Notes: a model not told the origin generated them from the letters alone. Shown: positions 11,149-24,579, counted from the first letter of the whole stretch. The stretch: 55,638 nucleotides of DNA, filler included, from Sphacelaria rigidula (GCA_964200075.2; 5 parts of 5 records of this genome joined end to end with filler, not necessarily neighbours in it); one strand, 5' to 3'. Numbers and translations are program-made.

Positions 11149-13008
11149 CTCTGGAAATGAGTGTGGTACGTCTATTGCACGACGCTTCATGAGACATCCA
11201 ACCAGAACACTGACAAGTCAGCGCTGACTGGCCAGTAGTCTAGTTGGTTGTCTCTTAAACCGTCACAGTTCTGAATCTCACGGTTATAGTGTTATTTCTG
11301 ATCCACAACAAATACACGGAAGAGGGAGGACCAACGCAGTCCACCCCTCACGGTATTCATCCGTTCGGACTGAAACGAGACTGGCTCGAACACAAACTGA
11401 GGTAAAAACCACAGTCGATCGTACCGTCACGTTACTTCGTCCAATAATCCCTGATAAAAACAAAACACCACCGACCGATTTCAGGGGCGGGTAATTACAT
11501 GCAAAAAACTGGTAAAAGTGACAGAAAAAGATAGCGAGTGGCGGACTCTGAGCCTGTAGGCTGTACCAATGGTCGAATATCGACATGGCGGAACGGACAG
11601 TTCCGGAAGAGCAATCTACCTTATCATGATTCGTAATGGTCCTGTATAAAGATACGTTTGCAACCGATTATACCACGACTTCAACGACAATTCTTCAACA
11701 CCGCGATGTACGACGCGGTCAGTGGTGACCTCGTTGTAACTCACCAAAAACCAAAGTGTAAATCATCGCGCCGCATTACCCGTGACCCTCATACAAACGA
11801 GGTCGGTCACACGTGTGCAGGACTCGCAAAATTAATACGCTAAGTGTTCTAGAATCGAGGGTCAGGAACTTGGAACACTCATGGCGAAATTCCCGACATG
11901 GACGCAGAAACCGAAACCAAAGTAAATACAAAACCAGGGGCACGTTGGGCAACAGCGAAAACGAAATATCAGAAGAAGAAGAAGAAAAACAACGCGGGGC
12001 AACCGTCCTTGTAAACGGGAGCGGTTATCGTGTGTACGAAGCAAATAGGGTCAAAAGTTTCATCCAAGAAGGTCAAAACATTTGAGGCACTCGGCTTCGG
12101 TTACTATCGTCCATGTTCATATAAAACTCAACATGGTACGCACATAAAGAAAGGGACACGTCACGACCGATCCCGAAGAGGGAGGCGGTATGCGTGTACG
12201 GAGCGGTTGGACAAGAGCACAATTATTCCAGATGGGGGGGTCAGGTATATCTAGCGCTCGCTCCTAAAACTCTCGACCGAAAAGACAAAAAAAAACATGT
12301 TCCACAAAAGAAGACAAAAGGTGCTTACAACGAAGAAAAACAAATGAACAAATAAATAACTCGTGGCAATTGTCCCTATATACGGAATGATCGTGAATGT
12401 ACGGCGCGAAGAACGGAGGTTCAAGGTTCCAGATTCTCGGGGGTCAGGAATGGAATGGTCATCACTTGTACTTTGCCAGATAAACCCAGAAATAACCAAG
12501 ATAATAATCATTGAAAATAAAAAAAAATCGAACACCAAAAACGACGCGAGAGGAAAAGAAAAAAAGGGGAGAAAAAAAAAAACAAAGACAGAAACAAGGC
12601 CAAACAAAATTACGCCAAAGCAAAAACAAAACAAACACACAACAATATCAGGATCCAAAGCCAAAAACAAAACAAAACACAAGAAAAAGAAAAACCAAAT
12701 ATCAAACACCAAATATAAGAACAAAATACGAAATACAACATACAGCCACTACAAGTACGGGGCTAATCAGTACGAAATATAATGAAGGGGGGGGGGGGGG
12801 GAAAGGGTTGGCCAAGGCGATTCCGGGCAAAGCAAGGGGATCCAAAGGGGTTACTCAANNNNNNNNNNGGAGGGAAAGAGAGGGGAAGGAGGGTGGGGGG
12901 GGGGGGGGGGGGGGGGGGGGGATATGGTTTGCCAACGACGCTACCGTGCAAGACAAGCGACTCGAACGTGGTACTCTACGCAGGGTGAATGGGGGAGCAG
13001 ACTCGGCA

Positions 13009-13285
13009 TCATGAGTCATAAGCGTCCCAAGCGGTGTCCGTGTTCCGTAGAATAGCTGTGTCGAGTTCGCCTTGGTCGTGTCGTTGGAGGCATCAGGATC
13101 CCCTCGGAGCGGTCGGCTCCTCGGTGTAGTAGGCATCATCCAAGCGAATCTTAAGGGGGGCTCAGGTCATCGAGGAAACGAACAAAGTAGGAGTTGTCAG
13201 ATGCAGGATCGACCAAATGAATCTTACCCAACCACCACAGGGAATCCAAAGTCTTATATACCAAATATACTCTCCCTTCGGCAAA
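13009..13285 (-). pseudogene. Tudor/Agenet-like domain after the chromodomain (two small frameshifts, one stop)
   Basis: Reconstructed LPKGEYIWYKTLDSLWWLGKIHLVDPASDNSYFVRFLDDLSPLKIRLDDAYYTEEPTAPRGS*CLQRH. Confidence 0.55.
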
Positions 13286-13439
13286 CGTTGTCAGTGAAAA
13301 GACTGCATGTATTGTGAACGCGAGAGAAGGCTATATCCTGCTACAACAAACCGCGCCGAGTGCTCTCGTGCCAGTTCCTGAGCGGCAGCTCCATTGCGCA
13401 TCGACCTATATCTCTTATTCAACAGGCGGTGTTGGACGG

Positions 13440-13610
13440 CATCTCCTACCCAGTACAGCAATATTTCCCGACGAAAGTGACGTAAGTCGACCTCACGCTC
13501 CCATCTAACACGCATGATACATTTCCAATGAGTCTGGTACATGAGCGCTATTTTACCTCCTCGACCTCAGACTAATTGATACCCCGAGATGCGATCTACC
13601 ACTACTCGCT
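13440..13610 (-). pseudogene. Integrase C-terminal chromodomain (one in-frame TGA at 13567-13569)
   Basis: VVVDRISGYQLV*GRGGKIALMYQTHWKCIMRVRWEREVDLRHFRREILLYW fits the chromodomain pattern (V..I..h....G....Y..hWK.....WE...L....I..Y). Confidence 0.75.
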
Positions 13611-15426
13611 CAAGGGGCATGGCATCTTCAACCGTCATGTGATACGGGGGGGCTTTGACCGCATAGTTGGTCAACACGTACTGATTGAGACCCATTGGCA
13701 ATTGCTTGGGCATGTTGGATGCATCATACGGGGGTAGACACGGTTTACACTTCAGCATCGATACTCGGTTTTTGGGTTTGATGCCAAGTTTATCAGTGGG
13801 AAAATCCAACCACAAACGTTTCTCGCCTACCGGACTTTGGTCGGGTGCGGCATCACAGGGCTCTACCGCCAAGATTTTCCAGGGTCCAGTCCAATTCAAG
13901 GATAGTTTCGACTTCAACACCTTATCCCACGACGACTTATTGGAGCTAGCCCCCTGAGTTACGGTCTTCACATCATTGTACACCCATGCCCATTGATCTG
14001 CCTTCCACACCGGACGATTGTTGGTCGCGTCATCCAACACAGTGTGTGCCCTGGCTACTTTCGCTGCGTTGATCTGGTTCTGCTCGCGTACCACCTCATA
14101 CGCTAGACGAAGACAATTACTAACAGAAATATGGTACTCCGCGATATCCCTATTCAAACTCTGATGGCCCCCATAATGTTTCCGTTCAAACACCGTCAGT
14201 GACAATCTGGGCATACGACCAATATGAACTTCATTAGGAGCCAATCCCATTGTGGCATTGACTGAATTGTTGTAATTCATCTGAATAAGGGGCAAATGCA
14301 AGTCCCAGTCCGTTTGTCGTTCGTTGGTTATCGTTGCAAGCATTTGAGCCATCGTATGGTTCACTCCTTCGGTCCCACCGTTTGTGGATGGATGGTATAA
14401 GCTTGTGAAAATACGATGGGCACCCAGGAGGTTACTGATCGCAGCAGAAAGCTTGCCGGCGAAATGCGGGCCGTTATCGGAAACCAATCGTTTGGGCACA
14501 CCCCAATGCGGGATATACTTGTATACAAAAATGTTGGCGAGACCTTCCGCGTTATAACTACTGGCAGCGACGGCGTGCATCATTGCATGGCGACTAAATC
14601 TATCTGTGAACAAAAAAATATACTTATGTCCACTATCCGTCAGGGGCAAGGGGCCAAAATAGTCCCACGAAACTATTTCACCAGGCCCGTTTGGAAGTGG
14701 CATGGAAACAACCGGCCAACGAACTGTCTGACGTGAAGTTTTTCGCGCCTGACACAAAAGACAACGCCTCACCCACCAACGTACACACTGGTCCATACAA
14801 ATCAACCAATAAAAACGCTCAAGCATCTGGGAGGTCCGAGCAACTCCCAGATGTGTCGATGCTTGTGAATGACACTCATGGAGAACCCATGGGCGCAGCA
14901 GCATGAGCACGTAAATTCGTGTTTGGTCATCACCTAACAAGCAGACGTGTTTACTGGTAAGTTTACCCACACGAAGGGGTGCTGTGGGCCGGCGAACTAA
15001 GAGAACGACACCATCATCATCCGTATAAAGCATACCTTTCCGCGATAGTTCAGTAACTTCATCCTGTGTGGGGGCTTTGTCGTTCCAAACGGGCAAGAGG
15101 AATTCGGTTGCTGGAAAAGGAGACGGACAGCCTTTGGATAGATACTGCATATCCGCTTTACAAGCAGGTTCAGCTTGTTGTTCTCTGACCCAATCGGCGT
15201 GGGAGAGAAGGGTCAAACGTTCCTCAAGTACACTATCCGACGGATTTTCCAAAATGAAAGGGTTCGTGTCACGGTGGTGTTGACTCGAATCGGGGATATT
15301 TGGATCATGCGCGGGGGAATCAGTTTGTGTACTTTCAAGCGGAGCATTGTCTTCGAATCCTACGTCGACTAGCGCATCGGATGATGAGGCATCAGTGGGT
15401 GCATCATCACCGGGGAAGGGGGGCAA
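13567..15426 (-). pseudogene. Gypsy integrase (HHCC, DDE core, GPY/F)
   Basis: HECH...HLG...CLLC; SWDYFGPLP, VSDNGPHF, NGGTEGVN; WTGPWKI. Confidence 0.95.
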
Positions 15427-15959
15427 AGCCTAAGCTTCGGATATGGTAGGAAGGGGTGCCGTGGATAGAGTCGATCTTCTGGGGACCTGGCCCCGCGGTG
15501 GGTGAGGGGGCGCAAGGAAAGTATCGGGCACCGGGATAGGGCTTGGGATAGGAAGGTCCGGGCCAGCGGCCGCCAGGGTGGCGGCCGTTTCGGCGGCCCG
15601 TCGTCCCCTGGTTTTACTCGAGATGAGATTTCGCACCTGAACCGGCAGGACAAAGTCAGCACAATACGGTTCTACATCTGCAGCACAAACCATACGATGG
15701 CCAGTTGCACGAAAATGATCATACCCGCTCGGGTTTGTACTAGCTCCACTCCAAACTCAACACAACGATTGAGGTGGCATACTGCCTAGTACAGAAGCGT
15801 GAGCTGTAGTCGTCAGCCCATCCATGCCAAGTGACGAGTTGTTATTGAATGAAAGAGGTGTGTAGATACCGCTATGGCCGTTTCTGCTAATGAATCATAC
15901 AATATCTTTGGTGGGATCCGTGATGCGTCCCAAGGCGGAGCTGTCGATGGGTTGGGCCG

Positions 15960-17418
15960 GGATGGGCAAGCGAGACAGAAAATCATCGTTTTCTTTTTGA
16001 GGTCCTGTTCAATACTTCAGTGTGAAGTTGTAAGAAGACAGGATTTCAAACCAGCGTTGGACCCGGGCGTTGTGTTCCGCCATTTTGGCGAGGTTTTCCA
16101 AAGACTTATGATCTGTATAAATCACGAACGGAATGTCATACAAGTTCTGACGGAGACGTCGCACTCCCCAAACAACCGCACCGGCCTCTTGCTCCATGAC
16201 CGACCAGTTTTGTTCGTTTGGGTAGGTGGTTCGACTCAACTATACAATGGAGCGAATATTACCATCTGGTTGTTCCTGCTCGAACGTGCAGCCAAACCCA
16301 ATTTTGGAGGAATCTGTGTGAAGTCGGAATGGACGTGCACCATTTTCAGCAACCGACCAGTCTGGGAAACCCAAGATTGGTGGTCGCGACAGGGTGTCAA
16401 GTAGTTGACGTACTATTTTCTCCATTTCGGAGGTGAGCGCGAATTTCACTCCTTTTTTGAGAAGGAGGTGAGAGGTTTGAGAGCTTGGGCTAGGTTCGGC
16501 AAGTGTTGTCGGTAGTAGCTCAAACCGCCGAGCAAGGAGCGCAGTTGAGATGTATCCCGTGGCATGGGTATATCTGTAAGTGCGGCAGCCTTGTTGAGGT
16601 TTGGACTACGATCTTCAGGAGTGATGCAGTGGCCCAGGAATTCGATGCTAGTCGCTCCAATGCGGGATTTAGACGGGGCAAGTTTCAACTTGTGTTGTTC
16701 GAAGCGAGCGAAGAAGGATGCCAAGTACTCGACATGTTCGAAAGGGGTGCTTCCGTGTATGACCGCGTCATCGAGGTACATATGGCACTTAGACAATCCA
16801 TCTGTCACACGAAACATCACACGTTGAAATGCCCCGGGGGCGCCGGCGGCACTTTGTGGTGTTACCAACCATTCATACAGGCCTGACGGTGTACAAAACG
16901 CCGTCAGTTCTAGAGATTGCGGATCCATCACAAGTTGGTGGTAGCCCGACTATATGTCAAAGTTCGAAAAATACTTTACCCCCGCCGAGAGAGTCAATGA
17001 TTTCATCTATTCGGGGAAGAGGTAAAGGCGCGATTTTGGTGACTGCGTTCAATCGTTGGTAATTGACCGTCAGTCTGATCTTACCGTTCTTCTTCCGGAC
17101 GACTACAAGCGGCGAGGCCCACGGGGACGTTGAGTGCCGTATTAAACCGGCGGATAAGTATCTGTCGAGGATTACCTGAATTTTGTCCGCTACTAAGGGG
17201 TTTGTACGGTACGGACGAGTAGCGATAGGTAGCGTTCGATCAGGAATTTTGATTTTGAACGGTGTAGTGGTGCAGCGACCGAGATCTAGGGGCGCTGTGG
17301 AAAATCGTTCAGAATATCTTATCAAAATGGCGCGGAGCCTATCGATCACCGTGGGGGTCAAACCCTCACCAGATAGATAAAAGCAATGTGTCGCAAATGT
17401 GGGGAGATATCGTCCCAT
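15960..17418 (-). pseudogene. Gypsy reverse transcriptase plus RNase H
   Basis: ORFs 16957-17418, 16446-16931, 16240-16449 and 16009-16239 join into RT (YLDD about 16770) and RNase H. Confidence 0.95.
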
Positions 17419-20400
17419 AAACGTTGGAAACTAACACGTTGCTCCGGCGATAATCTATCTAGCAATGCAGTTGGGGGGGTTGGGTCAGGTGCGTTAGACG
17501 CATCGTCCACTACCATCGGGCGATGTTTGTCGAACGGCGGAGAGTCCGCGTTGATCGAGGTGTCTGGTGGCAATTTCCGTTCGGTTGCCAGACACACGTT
17601 TGTCAAGCCTGTCCTTAGGAGGGGCGACTGAGCAAAACCTAACAACTGACCGAGGAGTAAACCGAAACATGCAGAGGACGTGAGAGGAATGGATTGTCTA
17701 CCTTCGTGGACGAACACTTCGGTCTGATCGAAGGTGCATACATCATCAGCCGGTTGATTGGGGTTGATGAGTTCGATCAAGTATTGCCCAGTGAGCGCAG
17801 GGGATCCGTTCCGTCTCACAAGGTTCACATGTATGAGTTGGGGTTCAAGGGATAAGGAGGTTACGTTGTCACCAACATAGTACAGTCGAAAGGCATCACC
17901 TGTTTGTGGTGGATCATCGACATAGGCATGCGCCCCCGAAGCAGTGTCGTGATATCCCAATTTCAACCTGCCAGTCTTGGGATGGTGCGGAACAGGTGTA
18001 TCTGACGTGTACGTATGAGTGGAAAACCGTAGCCCAAGTATCACGCCCCAGTAAAACATCAACCGATATGGAACCATTGGGCACTATGAGAGCTCATACG
18101 AATAATCGCGCAGTCGGACACGTGTCATCGAAAAATTGCACACTAAGTCTCACTGATCGATCAACCGTGAGTGAAGTGGAAGCACTAAACCCGCCGAAAA
18201 CGCGAGGGGAAACCGTAGAAACGCAACGTGCGTCCGCCGCCCCCACGTTGATCATTTGTTGCCAGCAGCTGGCGGTGATGAACGTTTGAGGTGAGCCTGA
18301 ATCGGGCAACGCAACAGCTAATAAAGGGCATGTTGCGTGCATTCCACCATGTACACCTACTTTCGTTGTGAAGGAGGCATCATCCATGATTGCAGTACCG
18401 CTGACTAGATCCGGTCCAAATTCTGGCAAGAAATCTGTGGAGAAACCGTGCTTGTGATTGTGAGCGGCTGTGCTGAAATACACACGTTAGTGATCCTTTG
18501 GAGCAAGATTTATGTCCGCAGATGGGATGGAGCACGGAGTGTCGGTCGCAGTTGGTGGAGGATCTGTCGAGTGTTGAACTTCGTATACTGTGAGGGGTGG
18601 ACGATGCCTGGGAAGGGCAGTTGTCGCGGCTAGCCGCGACAACTGGTGGGGTTGGTTTGAAATACCTCGGTCGGCCGCAACAAGCGAAGCGTCTGTTTGC
18701 GAAGCTGGTGAAGGTACAGCATGAAGTGGGGGCAAACAAGGGGACGTTTCGTCAAAGGGTGGAGACGAGTTGGCTACAGTAGTCAGTTCGCTACCCGTCT
18801 TTGTGGGGGACGACGTTGGTAAAATAGGGAACGAGCAGTCAAGCGTGGACGGCTCGTCGGTCGCTATACCACGTTTTTCTTGTGATGAAGACTCAGACGG
18901 GGGGGTTTCATGACAAGGAGGCGAACGCCCAATTGGCAGCGAGGTATCTGACCCAACAGATGACAACGCTATTTTCGTGGTGGGTTCTAACATAGTGTGT
19001 GAGGGGTCGACGTGGAGCAGTGTTGATCTGTTCGAAATCTGGGAAACACCAGCCTGATCGACAGAATCGCTTTCATCTGATGAAACCCACACCCGTTCAC
19101 GATTTCGGTGGACGGGTGTAACTGTATCTTCAGGGATATCTACAGGGTCATCCGGAGGAGCCCGCCGAGGGTGACGCGTATAGCGCACCAACGGTTCGGC
19201 TGCTCCGGGGGCTATTGGGAATTGATCAAGGACAGTCCGCCTTCGGTCACGCTCGTGGCGCTCCACCGGCGCTGTTACTTGGGGTTCCTTCCCAACCCGC
19301 TGAGCGACGGAAAGCCGGGGTTCGACACGGTTGCGCTCCTTGCTCGAAAAATTACGCTCACCAAATTAAAGGGGACCGGGCACCGACGTTAATTCGTTCG
19401 TGGGTGTAACAGGGGTCGGCTTGGCACCTAAGCATGTTTGGGGGCTGGTGTGTGGCCTTGATTGTTTTGTCGAATGAACGGTTGCGGGGATAACAGCTAC
19501 CGCGACAAAAGAGGTACCTGCTTCGAGGCGGGAGGTGTTACACTACATGACAGCCGATCCCGTGGGGAGAAAGGATCCAACTGGCAATGATTAATACAAC
19601 TTGAAGGTAAAACTAGGTGATCAGCTCTAGAATTAAAACACTGAGGTTGGTCATTGCGCAATTGGGAGTCATGTAACCATGCACGGGATTCTGCTGCCAT
19701 GGAATCCATCATGGCAGTCTGATCGAACCCAGTGCACCCGCACCACAAACTTGAACCTGTGCTGTACGACATTGATTCAGTTTTGTAATGTGCGTCTACT
19801 GGCCGAGCGAAAGAAAGGGGGGGGCACTTCCAATCGTTGGTTCCCTAATGTGGGCCTGTGGCAGTTATTGAGGAATGAACGCGAAGTGTATGCAAAACGG
19901 ACAGAGGGCGGCGGCTTAATTTTGAGGCAGTGGTGCACTCTGAATCGTTCCACTGTATGCTTATTTGAAAACGCAGGGTTTGGTCATTTCCAAAACATCG
20001 TCCAATGACGCGAGTGGCGGTGGAGGGACAGAAATCAATCTGGCGGGGCTCAACCGTTGTGCAAGTCCAATCACAAGGGGGCGTGTGTGCCGTCTTGTGA
20101 TTGACCCTGTACATACGGGTGAAAAGCGCCAGAATGAGATATGGGTAGGCTTGGGCCGAAAGCCCTTGCGCCCGAGCCTAAAAATACGACTGATTGCACT
20201 GTGGGTTGAGATTGCTGTGATCACTACCGTGGTTACAATATCAAGTCGGGGGTGGTTGTTTGAAGCGCGTGAATCGCGATGTTGAGGGCGACGGTTTTAA
20301 CGCATACGCCCGTATTGTGAGGATTTGGTCAAAAGGAAATAACCTGAGCACACCGAACGCGTTGGTGAAAAGCTTTTCACAGGTGCGCATCAAATGTATG

Positions 20401-22196
20401 GGTACGCAATCGGCCGCGGTATACCCAGTAGTATCTTCATGAAACCAAATGCCACAACATTGACATGTATCCTTACAGGGTCAGATCTAGTCAGTTTGAA
20501 GGAGAGGGTCGACGTAACGGTTCCACATCGGTGTTTCGATGAGGTCCGTGGACGTGCTGATTTGATGTGCTTATCGCCAATTTCATGGTGCGAAAAGCCA
20601 AGGAGAGAATCGACTGGTGATCACGACGATGGCTGGTACCGTCGCTGAGGACATGCAGCTTAGTGCACACCGCACATTTACCCGGCCTGCCACCTAATTA
20701 ATGAGGTGTTGGGGCGAGGTGAACGCAGAAAATGAATAAAAGATCGCAAGAACCTCAGAAAAAATAATGGGTGTACGACACAATCTCAATAGTTCCTGGC
20801 ATAAGGTGACCGCTTCATGCAGTACTGTACAGAGATACCGAATGTTCAATCATGCCGCCATGAGAAAACAAGTCTGTACTCACGACGCACAGCAAATATC
20901 AACATCAACCCGCCAAGTCCTGTACGAGCGCTTGGGAAGGTTCCGCAACATGAGAAACAGTAGCTGGCGCGATTCGCAACTGAAGGTTGGCAAAATTCCG
21001 ACACTCTGATGTACTGTCCAGCTTGCGGTACCGTCGGCAGGATCGTGAGGTCCGCTGCAATTAGCTGAGGTGGACGTTGGGTGACATGCAGTACAGGCAG
21101 ACAAGCGAAAGACACCGGCGATCCAACAAAAAGCCGTATCTATTGTGCAGTACAGATGAAGCACAGACAGTATGACTTAGTACAGTGCGGTATCGTATCG
21201 ACATACGGTATGATACTGGACAGAAAGGTCACGTGTACTGTGGAATGAAAAAATGGTGGGGTTATACAGCACAGACAGTACGCACTTGTGGCGTTGTACT
21301 ACGCTTTACAGTGCAATCGAGTAGATACACACCGTCCATGTCCGCTGTTGTAGGCGGGCAGTGCCGCAAGTTTCAGTGCCTACATCAATATCTTGAAGAT
21401 TTTCGACAACTCGGGACAGTACAGACTGCGCGCTGAAAGCTGCAGCATGTAGTGCAATGTCTTACCAACGATAGTCGTCCCGCTTGTGAAGAAACAATCG
21501 CAAACGGTGCAGTGCGCGCGGCGTCAAAGGAGAAGGGGGCGGCAAGGCGGGGGGCGGATCTGGCACAGATAAATCATAGATCCCGGTATGTTGAACACCG
21601 CGGCTATCGAAAACAAAGGGGGGGTGCGCGGGGGAGGGGGGGGGTGGGACAGCATAGATGATAGAACTCGTATGTGTTGAAAATCAACACAATCCGAGGA
21701 CTGCACGATCTACATCCCGGCCATAAAACAAAATTGGTCGCGCGCAGCTGTGTAGTCAACCAAAACAGCACATGGGCCGCAAGGAAATGAGAAGCACCGA
21801 CCAAGCACCCACAAGGCCGAAGCACCAGCGACAAACCCTTGCCTATCGCCAAGGGCGTGTACAAACAACAAGGGAGCCGAGCTGAGAAGTGTGTGCTTTG
21901 ACAAAAAAATAAGCGGCGCACTCGGCTGTACATATGTTGGATCAAGTACAAAAAACAAAAGAAAAAATAAAGGGAAATGTACCGAAAACAAACATGGGTG
22001 ACCCTCAAAACCAGACAGCAGACAGGGAGTGATGCTGCGATAGGGTCTGCGCTTTTGCGGCCTGAGAGGAAATCGGGATTTAGGCATGTCGAATCACCTT
22101 TGTCTCTAACCACAGTTCGTAGAGCCAGAGGGTGGAACATTCATCCCTCGCCCCTGAGATGATTCCCATCTGAGGTTCGGGCGGAGGGCACCATGT

Positions 22197-22296
22197 NNNN
22201 NNNNNNNNNNNNNNNNNNNNNNNNNNNNNNNNNNNNNNNNTTAATTAATTAANNNNNNNNNNNNNNNNNNNNNNNNNNNNNNNNNNNNNNNNNNNN
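22197..22296. other. Artificial contig linker
   Basis: N44-TTAATTAATTAA-N44. Confidence 0.98.
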
Positions 22297-22982
22297 CTGT
22301 GGAGATCGCCGTAGATTTTGTTGCACACGGATTATTGTTCAGCGGCCGCTCTCGAAACCTTGGAGCCAAGCGGATCTGAAAAGTGAGCTAGGCTCCTCTC
22401 TGTGGGGTGACGGAAAGTGTTCAAGACGTGTGTTGGGGCGATTTTCCCTGTTTGGGGGTCAAAAGTGGGTCAAACGTCCCAAGAGTGAACAATCCATGGG
22501 CCAAAAATCTGTGCCATAACATCGGCCTTAGTGACAGTTTATTTTTGCTGTATCGCGTCTGTGTGATTTTTTTTGCGTCCGAATTTACTCTTTTTTATTC
22601 CGTATGTATTTTGAGTAGTTAAGCCATCTTGTATGGCAACCAATCCGTATTTGTACAAATATGAGGATTTCAGCCCGTCTTCATCCGATAATCTCCCATG
22701 TATTGATTTTTCGGACCCCAGTCCGTTGGGCAATGTTTTCCGCCTATTATCCGAGTAGCCTGAGAAAACCGGATCAGTTCCCCGATTCTCTGGACTCTGA
22801 CTTTTGGTTTATCACCTTTCTGCTCAGATCGAGAGACTCGGGCATCTCCCCCGAATCTGGGGAACTGAAGAAAGTTATTGTTATTTTGCTTTTTTTATCG
22901 CTGTTGCTTATTTGTCGCACTTCGAGCCCCTCCCCTCCCTCGGGATGAGTCCATGGTCTCGAGGGATGAATCAACCCATCTA

Positions 22983-23917
22983 CGAGCTGGGCCGGAAGTA
23001 AATCCCACATTCTCTCTCTGCGCTACAACTTCTCAAGCTTCCCGATTCAGCGCGACTTGAGCATATCGCTGTAAACTGCAGACTAACCTGGTGACACACG
23101 GCACCGCCGCTGCTTGATTGGCGCAGTTTCGGCGAGGATGTTATTGTACTGCATTGAGTACCGGGTACGCCTCTTGCCATGGCGTGACAACGTGTCTGGA
23201 GACGTTTCGTTTCACAAAATGCGGCGGAATCACGATAGACCGTTGCGCCGCATGGGCACACGCACAACCGACATGCTCAGGCAAGAGCACACTGATCGTG
23301 CTGCAAGATGGCATCAAGCTCGCAATAAGCTCCATAATGGGAGAGAACCTTCGAGCCAACTGACGTAAATCACCGCACGAAGGAGAAGTAATACTTGAAA
23401 CTGCGCCATTCCCACCCCCAAAAGCAAGACCGTCACCAAAATATCGAGACCCTTTGCAACCCAGGCGTACGAGAGATTATGCACGATTAGAGTGCACAAA
23501 AAAGTTTTTGTCGTGTCGGGATTCAAACTCGTGAGCTGTGTAATCTGAGGCTGTTGAATCAGTTTGACCACCGGGGTCATACAAAAAGTGCGCCGCGAAG
23601 TCCAATCTTATGTATTTTTGGCTGAAACTTGACAAGGATGTGGTTGTCGCGAGTGCCCGTATGTGCCGCAGCGTTGTCATCGTTTTTATCAATTTTTAAG
23701 GAAGTTAAAGCATTTTTCCTGTTTTTGCTGAAACTTCAAACCGCTCGAACTTCCTGTGTGTGTGTGTGTGTGTGTGTGTGTTTCACGTGACACCCCTCAC
23801 AGGGTTGCGCGAATTGATAAGAAAAATGTCGTGTCAAAATCCCAGCGCTTAACCCTTCGAAATGCCAATAGCATCTCCACTCTTTTTTTTTAAATCACTG
23901 ATGGCCGGCCCAGCTCG
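22983..23917. mobile_element. Tc1/mariner-type non-autonomous element, 935 bp
   Basis: TIR cgagctgggccgg / ccggcccagctcg; TA at 22981-22982 and 23918-23919; homologous along its length to 43037-43962. Confidence 0.85.
23755..23781. repeat. (TG)n microsatellite
   Basis: About 13 TG units. Confidence 0.95.
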
Positions 23918-24579
23918 TATCTCTCCACCGGTTATTGTGCGCTGGGAGTATGCACGTTTTGAGACTTGCCCACCTCGCATGTCATTACTCATGGTGCATG
24001 ACATAAGCTTTTGCTGAGACCGTCACCTCTGCTGTTTTGCTATGCAGAGATCGCAATATGCTGCTGAACGCCACTTGCGTTTTTTTTCGTACATGAAGTC
24101 ATCCCACAGGCATTTTTATAGTCACATTTTGAACGCCTCCCCTCTCTCTGGACGAGTCTTTGGTCTCAAGGGATCAACCACTCCTTCCCCGGTACACGAT
24201 CATTTTCGTCTCCCGGACTGGGTCAGCACTGCTGTACAGGGTCAGCTGTCGTCAAAGAAGCTCAACTATTTTTTGTTCACTCTCGTACTCGCGCTTTCGA
24301 CGGTGGGAATCAGATACTTCGAAGGAAAATACCCAACGCATCGGGAATCGATTCGGCGTCTTCCCCACCCTAATGGCGATCTAATGGTGACAATCGGACC
24401 ACCACTGGGGCATGCGCGCGAATAACGAAGACGTGTGTCATGAGAATAGCAATATTCTTTTCTATTCGGGCGTTGTCTCTCAACTCAAAGCAGCAAGATA
24501 TTCCGAACCTGCCCCCCCCCAAAAGCTTCTCCGTTTAGGGCCGAACTATTGACCTATTGCTAGATGCTGGAGCGTTTCA

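Larger units (their letters stand above)
13009..19266 (-). mobile_element. Ty3/gypsy (chromovirus-like) LTR retrotransposon pol, decayed
   Basis: Order PR (ALPDSGSPQTFI, about 18300), RT (SPWASPLVVVRKKNGKIRLTVNYQRLN, TAFCTPSGLYEW, YLDD), RNase H (LHTDSSKIGFG, EQEAGAVVWG, YTDHKSL, DFLSRLP), IN, chromodomain. Frameshifts and stops present. LTRs not identified. Confidence 0.95.

Noticed and set aside
12251-13014. Lys-rich or Phe-rich membrane-like ORFs and G-runs (G-quadruplex)
   Set aside because: Low-complexity A-rich and poly-G sequence beside an internal N gap; probably retroelement 3' UTR with poor base quality
20650-22196. 5' LTR and PBS of the gypsy element
   Set aside because: Only a weak PBS-like match (aggtggcaggcc on the minus strand, about 20684-20695) and no direct repeat with 11149-12250
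23114-23368. Conserved small protein shared with 43183-43452
   Set aside because: Similarity is at DNA level within a MITE; several frames are open and I see no synonymous bias or known domain
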